Assembly (NCBI GenBank): GCA_002773575.1
Contig: PFAT01000003.1
Span: forward strand, 29,385-53,384
Length of the DNA: 24,000 nt
Reading direction: 5' to 3'
From: Candidatus Falkowbacteria bacterium CG10_big_fil_rev_8_21_14_0_10_44_15
GTDB taxonomy: Bacteria > Patescibacteriota > Patescibacteriia > Patescibacteriales > XYC2-FULL-47-12
Shown here in pieces: positions 7,766 to 13,572 of this stretch (within the stretch, counting starts at the first letter, position 1; every line of letters begins with the position of its first letter). A program made the position numbers and the translations under genes. A model generated the notes under the pieces. The model was given only the letters and a program-made list of their open reading frames with translations. It did no database searches and had not been told where the DNA came from.

Positions 7766-8386
7766 ATGAGAAGAATAAAATTGGCGCTAAGGTGGTCTTT
7801 GTTTATGCTTGGCCTAGTTGGTTGCGGAATGATACTATGGCACCTGCTCGCACAGCAAGTGCCGAGCTTAATCAGTGCCCAGCTAATTAAGTACGGCGGA
7901 TATTTTTTATCGCTAGAAATTTCCCGCTGGTGGAATCTGCTCTTAGCGATATCTGTTGTCTCGGCAATAATAATGTTTTTTGATGCTGCGGGGGAAAAGT
8001 TAAATGATTTTGATATTGGCATGGCGATCGGCTTGCTTATCGGGCCGGGCATAGGCGTAATTATTAGTATAGCCGTTGGGTTATTTATTGTTTTGAGCGC
8101 TGATTTTACTACTGGTTTTATTGCTGGTTTAGTATTGGCAGTTATTATCAGCATAATCGCTGGCTTGGTCGTTAGTCTGGGCGCTGGTTGCGCTGCCGGC
8201 TTGGGCTTTGGTTTTGGCATTGGTCTCGGGGTTGATTTTTTTGTCGGTTTGTTCATTAGTTTTGGCGCCGGTTTGGTAGCCGGATTAATAACTATAGTTA
8301 GTTCGGACTTAGCCGTTATGGTCAGATTGATAGTAAAGTATAATTTATTAGCCAAAATCCGGAAGTGGTTATCAGTCTCGAACTAA
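7766..8386 (+). CDS. glycine-rich polytopic membrane protein, unknown function
   Basis: 206-aa ORF with hydrophobic segments throughout and repeated small-xxx-small motifs (GLLIGPGIGVIISIAVGL, GLGFGFGIGLGV, GAGLVAGL). The mirror ORF on the minus strand is a composition artefact. Confidence 0.6.
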   Translation: MRRIKLALRWSLFMLGLVGCGMILWHLLAQQVPSLISAQLIKYGGYFLSLEISRWWNLLLAISVVSAIIMFFDAAGEKLNDFDIGMAIGLLIGPGIGVIISIAVGLFIVLSADFTTGFIAGLVLAVIISIIAGLVVSLGAGCAAGLGFGFGIGLGVDFFVGLFISFGAGLVAGLITIVSSDLAVMVRLIVKYNLLAKIRKWLSVSN

Positions 8387-8412
8387 ATGATTAGTCCGAG
8401 ACTTTTATTTTT
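8374..8412 (+). terminator. rho-independent terminator overlapping the stop codon
   Basis: agtctcgaac / gtccgagact pairs at 9 of 10 positions with a 10-nt loop, followed by TTTATTTTT. Confidence 0.6.
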
Positions 8413-8439
8413 AAAATCTATTGGCTATTTATTTTATTT

Positions 8440-8467
8440 TTGTTAGACTAGAAAAGTAAATTATAAA
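8440..8467 (+). promoter_or_regulatory. candidate promoter of the small membrane protein gene
   Basis: TTGTTA (8440-8445), 16 nt, TATAAA (8462-8467). This predicts a very short leader before the ATG at 8481, and there is no SD. Confidence 0.3.
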
Positions 8468-8480
8468 TAATAAATAGTAT

Positions 8481-8726
8481 ATGGACAAACTGCAAAAAGA
8501 ATTCCGCGAACGCATTTCCGGATACATCATCGGCGCTTTTGGGCTGGTGGCGAGCTTAGCCTGGAACGACGCTATTTCCAGCTTAATCGAAAAAGTTTTT
8601 CCGTTTGGCAAAGATACCGTAATCGCTAAATTTGTTTACGCTTTAGTGATGACGATTATTTTAGTGATTATCGCGGCATATTTAGTGAAATTATTAAAGC
8701 GAGGCGGCGCCGGCGAGGGAAAGTAA
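8481..8726 (+). CDS. small two-TM membrane protein (conserved hypothetical)
   Basis: 81-aa ORF. GYIIGAFGLVASLAWNDAISSLI and a second TM segment VYALVMTIILVIIAAYLV. From memory it resembles an about 80-aa family (possibly DUF5654); this is unverified. Confidence 0.6.
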   Translation: MDKLQKEFRERISGYIIGAFGLVASLAWNDAISSLIEKVFPFGKDTVIAKFVYALVMTIILVIIAAYLVKLLKRGGAGEGK

Positions 8727-8736
8727 TAAAAAATAA

Positions 8737-8811
8737 ATCCAAACACCTTCACCGCCGGGTTTACCCCAACACCAAAATTTGGTGTGGGGGTATTCTGGAA
8801 GGTGTATGGAT
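8737..8811. repeat. 75-nt compound palindrome
   Basis: Outer arms atccaaacaccttc / gaaggtgtatggat pair at 13 of 14 positions. Inner arms taccccaacaccaaaa / tttggtgtgggggta form a near-perfect palindrome centred at 8777/8778. Confidence 0.6.
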
Positions 8812-8820
8812 AAAGCATTA

Positions 8821-8861
8821 AATAGAGCTGGCGTTCTTTTGGACGACAAGCTCTATTTTTG
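8821..8861 (+). terminator. rho-independent terminator
   Basis: aatagagct / agctctatt forms a 9-bp stem with a 19-nt partially paired loop, followed by TTTTG. Confidence 0.5.
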
Positions 8862-8877
8862 TTATGTTTAAATCATT

Positions 8878-9384
8878 ATGATAGTAATTTTGCACAATAT
8901 CCGTTCTAATCATAATGTCGGCTCAATTTTTCGCACGGCGGACGCGGCCGGTTGCGCGAAATTATACTTATGCGGCATCACGCCCGCGCCGATAGACCGC
9001 TTTGGTTTGCCTAACAAAGCATTAGCTAAAGTCGCTTTGGGAGCGGAAAAAACAGTCGTTTGGGAGCAAGTTAAATCAACTTTAGCAGCGCTGGAAAAAT
9101 TAAAGCAAGAGGGGTATACTATTATTGCGTTAGAGCAGGATAAAAGAGCGACTTCGTTGTTTAATATAGAGGCGGTACATAAATTGATCGCCGCCAAAAA
9201 GGACAAGGTAGCTCTAGTTTTAGGTGCGGAGGTAGGCGGGCTGCCGCCGGAAATTTTAGCGCAAGCCGACGTGATTTTAGAAATTCCTATGCGCGGCAAA
9301 AAAGAGTCGCTCAATGTCGCAGTTGCCTTTGGCATTACCGCTTACGCTCTCACCCCAACCCTCTCCCCTAGAGAAGGGGTATAA
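8878..9384 (+). CDS. SpoU/TrmH-family RNA 2'-O-methyltransferase
   Basis: 168-aa ORF. Motifs seen: NIRSNHNVGSIFRTADAAG, LVLGAEVGGLP and IPMRGKKESLNVAVAFGI (SPOUT knot motifs). The last 11 codons and the stop come from a repeat element. Confidence 0.85.
   Translation: MIVILHNIRSNHNVGSIFRTADAAGCAKLYLCGITPAPIDRFGLPNKALAKVALGAEKTVVWEQVKSTLAALEKLKQEGYTIIALEQDKRATSLFNIEAVHKLIAAKKDKVALVLGAEVGGLPPEILAQADVILEIPMRGKKESLNVAVAFGITAYALTPTLSPREGV
9349..9381 (+). repeat. GC-rich palindromic element copy (family A)
   Basis: ctcaccccaaccctctcccctagagaaggggta shares the CTCACCCC-ARCCC-CTCTCC module with the copies at 11775 and 12493. Confidence 0.6.
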
Positions 9385-9395
9385 ATAATTACTTT

Positions 9396-9671
9396 ATGTT
9401 AGGTAAACATTTAAATATAAAAATTATCGGTATGGTGCAGGGCATTGGTTTTCGTTACGCGAGCGAACAAAAAGCGCAGGAGTTGGGAATAGTTGGTTTT
9501 GTCCGGAATGAGCCGGACGGGTCAGTCTACATTGAAGCGGAAGGAGAGGAAGAAGCATTGAACAAGTTTGTCGCCTGGTGCCAGAGCGGGCCGCGGGGGG
9601 CGCAAATTAAAGAAGTAAAAGCGGTTAACGCCGCTATAAAAAATTTTCGTGATTTTTTAATTGATTATTAA
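9396..9671 (+). CDS. acyP: acylphosphatase
   Basis: 91-aa ORF. GMVQGIGFRYASEQKAQELGIVGFVRNEPDGSVYIEAEG matches the acylphosphatase signatures (V.G.VQGVGFR ... G.V.N..DG.V). Confidence 0.85.
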   Translation: MLGKHLNIKIIGMVQGIGFRYASEQKAQELGIVGFVRNEPDGSVYIEAEGEEEALNKFVAWCQSGPRGAQIKEVKAVNAAIKNFRDFLIDY

Positions 9672-9676
9672 ATAAT

Positions 9677-9704
9677 AAAAAAAGCCCCAGCGATGAAGCC
9701 GAGG
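9677..9704 (-). terminator. probable terminator of the minus-strand small gene
   Basis: On the minus strand cctcggc-ttcatc-gctgggg forms a 7-bp stem that includes two G-U pairs valid only on that strand, followed by CTTTTTTT. Confidence 0.45.
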
Positions 9705-9738
9705 TTAGTGGTAGCAGGATCTGAAATGATTTCCGAAA

Positions 9739-9969
9739 TTATTGGTTGAAATAATAATTACACACAAAGATCGGGATACTGATTAACATGATGATTATTC
9801 CGAACCAAAAAAGGTTTTTAAAAGAATTTTGTTGTTGTTTTTTGATGTCAGCATATCCATAAGTTCTGTCTGTGGATATAGCAGCTATCATTAATTCGGA
9901 AAATAATGTCAAGAAAAAGCCAGTAATAGCTAGGGCGCAAGCAAACTTAAAAACAGCCATTGGTGCCAT
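9739..9969 (-). CDS. small membrane protein, unknown function
   Basis: 76-aa ORF with two hydrophobic segments. AAGGAGA lies 6 nt upstream of the ATG on the minus strand. Confidence 0.5.
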   Translation of the reverse strand: MAPMAVFKFACALAITGFFLTLFSELMIAAISTDRTYGYADIKKQQQNSFKNLFWFGIIIMLISIPIFVCNYYFNQ

Positions 9970-10034
9970 CAGAGTTCTCCTTTTTTTTGTAAAGATGCCG
10001 TTAGCTTAAGATTTATTTTTAAATAAGTCAAGTT

Positions 10035-10304
10035 ATGGATTTATTAGAATTTAAGAAACAATTAGAACGGCAAGGAGAAACATATTTGCGCCTTAAAGTC
10101 CGGCCAAACGCCGCGGAGACGGCGGTTAAAGACAAAATGGACGACGAAACAGTTAAAATTGATATAGCAGCCAAGCCGGAGAAAGGCAAAGCAAACGCGG
10201 AACTGATTAAATTTTTAGCGCAAGAGTTTGCCGTAACTAAAGAAAATATAAAAATTATCAGCGGGGCGGGGGAGAGGGTAAAGTTGGTAAAAATTAAAAT
10301 ATAA
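10035..10304 (+). CDS. DUF167 (YggU-like) protein
   Basis: 89-aa ORF. YLRLKVRPNA...VKIDIAAKPEKGKANAELIKFLAQEF...ISGAGERVKLVKI follows the YggU/UPF0235 pattern. Confidence 0.8.
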   Translation: MDLLEFKKQLERQGETYLRLKVRPNAAETAVKDKMDDETVKIDIAAKPEKGKANAELIKFLAQEFAVTKENIKIISGAGERVKLVKIKI

Positions 10305-10333
10305 ATTTCGTGGTGATAAATTAAAACAACGAG

Positions 10334-10353
10334 ATCCCCGCCTGCGCGGGGAT
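10334..10353. repeat. GC-rich hairpin element (family B)
   Basis: atccccgc-ctgc-gcggggat is a perfect 8-bp stem inside an AT-rich spacer. A related copy lies at 18797-18814. Confidence 0.6.
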
Positions 10354-10369
10354 GACAGTTAAAGTAAAT

Positions 10370-11071
10370 ATGAATGATGGAGTTAAAAAGAAAATTCCTG
10401 TGCATGTCGGCCTAATCATGGACGGCAACCGGCGCTGGGCGCGCGAACGCAATTTGCCCCAATTGGAAGGGCATCGGCGCGGCTATGCCAAAATGAAAGA
10501 AGCAACCGACTGGTTTTTTTTGCGCGGCGTAAAAGTATTAAGCGTGTACGCTTTTTCGACCGAAAACTGGAGCCGAGCCAAAGAGGAAGTTAGTTACTTA
10601 ATGGCGCTGTTGGAGCAAGGCATTAAAGAATTGTCGGAAGATTTTAAAAAGAAAGACTATCGCGTGCTTTTCAGCGGACGCTTGGATGAATTGCCCGGAG
10701 AGTTGCCGTCCTTATGCGAAGAGGCGATGGAAAAAACAAAAACTAATTTGTCCGGCACTTTCAACATCTGTTTTAACTACGGCGGCCGGCCGGAATTGAT
10801 TGACGCCGTAAAAAAAATCATTAAGCATCAACTAACCGAAGAACAAATTCACGAAGGAATTATCCGCAAGTATTTGTACAACGGGCAGTTGCCCGATCCG
10901 GATATAATAGTGCGCACCGCCGGCGAACAGCGCTTGTCCAATTTTTTGCTTTGGCAGAGCGCCTATTCCGAACTGTTATTTTTTAAAAAATATTGGCCGG
11001 ATTTTGAAGAAATGGACGTGATTAACATTTTAGACGAATATAATAAGAGGGGGAGAAGATTTGGACAATAA
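10370..11071 (+). CDS. uppS: isoprenyl transferase (undecaprenyl-diphosphate synthase)
   Basis: Motifs seen: HVGLIMDGNRRWARERNLP, GHRRGY, AFSTENW, RTAGEQRLSNFLLWQSAYSEL. I prefer the ATG at 10370 because the track start at 10352 lies inside the hairpin at 10334-10353. Confidence 0.9.
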   Translation: MNDGVKKKIPVHVGLIMDGNRRWARERNLPQLEGHRRGYAKMKEATDWFFLRGVKVLSVYAFSTENWSRAKEEVSYLMALLEQGIKELSEDFKKKDYRVLFSGRLDELPGELPSLCEEAMEKTKTNLSGTFNICFNYGGRPELIDAVKKIIKHQLTEEQIHEGIIRKYLYNGQLPDPDIIVRTAGEQRLSNFLLWQSAYSELLFFKKYWPDFEEMDVINILDEYNKRGRRFGQ

Positions 11072-11096
11072 ATTTTCTAATTCCTAAGGGGCTTGA

Positions 11097-11125
11097 TTAG
11101 AAATTAGGAGTTAGAAATTTATAAA
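11097..11125 (+). promoter_or_regulatory. candidate promoter of rarA
   Basis: TTAGAA (11097-11102), 17 nt, TATAAA (11120-11125). The predicted transcription start falls at about the GTG start codon (11131). Confidence 0.35.
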
Positions 11126-11130
11126 TTTTT

Positions 11131-12369
11131 GTGTCGCAATATAATTCTACAAACTCAAGCGCTCCGTTGGCGGATAAAATGCGCCCTTTGGTTTTGGCTG
11201 ATTTCGTTGGGCAGGAAAAAATTATTGGGGCAGGAAAAATTTTACGGCTAGCGGTAGAACGGGACCGCGTGCCCTCTATTATTTTTTGGGGGCCGCCGGG
11301 TTGCGGCAAAACAACGCTCGCGCGCATCATTGCCAATCTGACGCAGGCGGAATTCGTGCCGCTAAGCGCGGTATCAAGCGGCGTCAAAGACATCCGGCGG
11401 GAAGCGGAAGCGGCGGCTAAAAGGCTGCAAGAAGGCAAAAAGACCATTATTTTTATTGATGAAATTCATCGCTTTAACAAAGGGCAGCAGGATGCTTTGT
11501 TGCCGCATGTAGAACGCGGCGTCATTACTTTGATTGGCGCGACTACCGAAAATCCTTCTTTTGAAATTATCTCGGCGTTATTGTCGCGCTGCCGCGTTTT
11601 TGTGCTGGAAAAATTAACCGCCGCGCATATTAAAAAGTTAGCGGAGCGGGCATTAACTAAAGAGCCAGTATTGCGGAGCATAAAAATTGCGCCGGACGCG
11701 TTGCAATATTTAGCCGAAATGTCGGACGGGGACGCGCGCGTCGCGCTCAATGCGCTGGAATTAGCGGCTCAAACCTCACCCCTAACCCCTCTCCTTAGTA
11801 AGGAGAGGGGAGTAATAGACAAAAAAATCATTGAAGAAGCGTTACAAAAATCACTTCTGTATGACAAGGCGGGGGAAGAGCATTACAACATTATTTCCGC
11901 CTTGCATAAATCAATGCGGGGCGGGAACGCGGATGCGGCTTTGTATTGGCTGGCGCGGATGCTAGAGGGCGGGGAGGACCCGCTCTATATTGCCCGCCGC
12001 TTGATCCGCTTTGCTTCCGAAGATATCGGTATTGCTAATTCCTTAGCCCTGCCGCAGGCAGTCGCGGCGTATCAGGCGTGCCATTACATTGGCATGCCCG
12101 AGTGTTCGGTAAATTTAGCGCAAGCGGTTGTGTACATGGCCAAATCAAAAAAAAGCAACGAACTGTATGTCGCTTACGGCAAAGCAGCTGCCGATGTAAA
12201 ACAATACGGCGCTCTGCCCGTGCCGCTGCACATCCGCAACGCGCCAACCAAGTTGATGAAAGAATTAAAGTACGGCAAAGGTTATAAATATTCGCCGGAG
12301 TATGATTATCGGGAGGAGCAGGAGTACTTGCCGCCGGAAATTAAAAATCATAAGTATTTTAATTTATGA
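11131..12369 (+). CDS. rarA: replication-associated recombination protein A (AAA+ ATPase)
   Basis: 412-aa ORF. Motifs seen: MRPLVLADFVGQ, Walker A GPPGCGKTTLARIIA, IFIDEIHRFNKGQQDALLPHVE, GDARVALNALE and ISALHKSMRGGNADAALYWLARML. GTG start. The stop overlaps the next ATG (ATGA). Confidence 0.9.
   Translation: MSQYNSTNSSAPLADKMRPLVLADFVGQEKIIGAGKILRLAVERDRVPSIIFWGPPGCGKTTLARIIANLTQAEFVPLSAVSSGVKDIRREAEAAAKRLQEGKKTIIFIDEIHRFNKGQQDALLPHVERGVITLIGATTENPSFEIISALLSRCRVFVLEKLTAAHIKKLAERALTKEPVLRSIKIAPDALQYLAEMSDGDARVALNALELAAQTSPLTPLLSKERGVIDKKIIEEALQKSLLYDKAGEEHYNIISALHKSMRGGNADAALYWLARMLEGGEDPLYIARRLIRFASEDIGIANSLALPQAVAAYQACHYIGMPECSVNLAQAVVYMAKSKKSNELYVAYGKAAADVKQYGALPVPLHIRNAPTKLMKELKYGKGYKYSPEYDYREEQEYLPPEIKNHKYFNL
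11774..11812 (+). repeat. GC-rich palindromic element copy (family A), in frame in rarA
   Basis: cctcacccctaacccctctccttagtaaggagaggggag. It contains a perfect 11-bp stem cccctctcctt (11786-11796) / aaggagagggg (11800-11810) with a 3-nt loop. Confidence 0.7.
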
Positions 12370-13553
12370 AAATCGCCGTTATTACGCCAACTTTTCCTCC
12401 TTACCGCTCCGGCATGGGCAAAAGCGCGTATGAAATCGCGCGGCTTTTCGCTACAAACAATGAAGTGACTGTTTTTACGCCAGAATATGAACCTCACCCC
12501 AGCCCCGCCTCGCCGGCAGGCAAGCCTCTCCTTATAAAGGAGGGGGAACCATCCGCGATGGAAATAAAATATCTAAAGCCCTTGTTACAGTTAGGCTTAG
12601 GCGGATTTGTCCCGGCGTTGTATAAACAATTAAAAAATTTTGACGCCATATATTTGCATTATCCTTTTTTTGGCACGGCTGAAATTGTCTGGCTATTTAA
12701 AATTTTTCACCCCAAAGTAAAGTTAATAGTTCACTTTCATATGGATACGCCGGCGTTAAGCTGGCGCGCTAAAATTTTAAGCCTGCCGTCCTTGATTATT
12801 AAAAAAAGTTTATTCAAGCGGGCGGATAAAATTATTTCCGCCTCGTTAGATTATGTGGCGCATTCCAGCGTTAAAAAATATTTTAAAGCTTGGCCGGAAA
12901 AATTCAGCGAAATTCCTTTTGGCGTGCATTTGGATAAATTCCATGTTTTGCCTTATGACATTATGGAACTGCAAGAGTTGCGGGATAAGTTAGGAATAAA
13001 GAAAGGCGAGCGGGTGATTTTATTTGTAGGCGCGCTTGATTCCGCCCATATCTTTAAAGGCGTAGAAATTCTTTTGCGCGCAGTATCTAATATTAAATAT
13101 TCAATATTAAATATTAAATTACTCATCGTTGGCGATGGAAACTTGCGCACTGATTATGAACATCAAGCGAGGGAATTAGGCATTGACAAATTAACTATTT
13201 TTGCCGGCAGAGTCAGCGATGAAGAACTGGTAAAATGTTATAATTTGGCGGATATTTTTGTTTTGCCTTCCGTTGACAAAAGCGAAGCGTTTGGGATGGT
13301 GCTGGTTGAAGCGTTTGCCTGCGGCGTGCCGGTAATGGCGTCGGACCTGCCCGGCGTGCGTTCGGTGTTTGAAAATGGAGTGCAAGGAATAACGGTCGCG
13401 CCCGGCAGCGTGCGGCATTTACAAAAAAAATTGGAGGAATATCTGCGTTATCCGCAGAAGCGGCTGAAAATGGGGAGAGCGGCGAGAGAACTTGTTGAGC
13501 AAAAGTATAGTTGGGAGAAAGTGGAGGAAAAGTTGCAGGCAATTTTCAATTAA
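12366..13553 (+). CDS. glycosyltransferase family 4
   Basis: 395-aa ORF. KIAVITPTFPPYRSGMG at the N-terminus and the EX7E region EAFGMVLVEAFACGVPVMASDLPG. Confidence 0.85.
   Translation: MKIAVITPTFPPYRSGMGKSAYEIARLFATNNEVTVFTPEYEPHPSPASPAGKPLLIKEGEPSAMEIKYLKPLLQLGLGGFVPALYKQLKNFDAIYLHYPFFGTAEIVWLFKIFHPKVKLIVHFHMDTPALSWRAKILSLPSLIIKKSLFKRADKIISASLDYVAHSSVKKYFKAWPEKFSEIPFGVHLDKFHVLPYDIMELQELRDKLGIKKGERVILFVGALDSAHIFKGVEILLRAVSNIKYSILNIKLLIVGDGNLRTDYEHQARELGIDKLTIFAGRVSDEELVKCYNLADIFVLPSVDKSEAFGMVLVEAFACGVPVMASDLPGVRSVFENGVQGITVAPGSVRHLQKKLEEYLRYPQKRLKMGRAARELVEQKYSWEKVEEKLQAIFN
12492..12548 (+). repeat. GC-rich palindromic element, long composite copy (family A), in frame in GT4
   Basis: cctcaccccagcccc + gcctcgccggcaggc (imperfect palindrome) + cctctcctt-ata-aaggagggg (9-bp stem with one G-U pair). 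Confidence 0.6.
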
Positions 13554-13572
13554 GAATTACGAATTATAAATT

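Noticed and set aside
7747-8355. 202-aa minus-strand ORF (PKPKPKPAAQPAP...) mirroring the membrane protein gene
   Set aside because: It is an antisense shadow of GGC/GCC/ATT-rich codons. The plus-strand product has coherent TM segments, an upstream purine-rich site and a terminator. The minus ORF has a low-complexity Pro/Lys/Thr composition and no start context.
8910-9335. 141-aa minus-strand ORF inside the SpoU methyltransferase gene
   Set aside because: The plus strand carries clear SPOUT motifs. The antisense ORF has no recognisable motif and is fully nested.
10352-10369. First in-frame ATG of the uppS ORF
   Set aside because: This ATG is buried in the 3' arm of the perfect hairpin at 10334-10353. 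The ATG at 10370 gives a normal UppS N-terminus. The choice is uncertain and needs N-terminal evidence.
10028-10405. 125-aa minus-strand ORF covering the DUF167 gene and the uppS start
   Set aside because: The plus-strand DUF167 and UppS matches are strong. The minus ORF spans an intergenic hairpin and has no family features.
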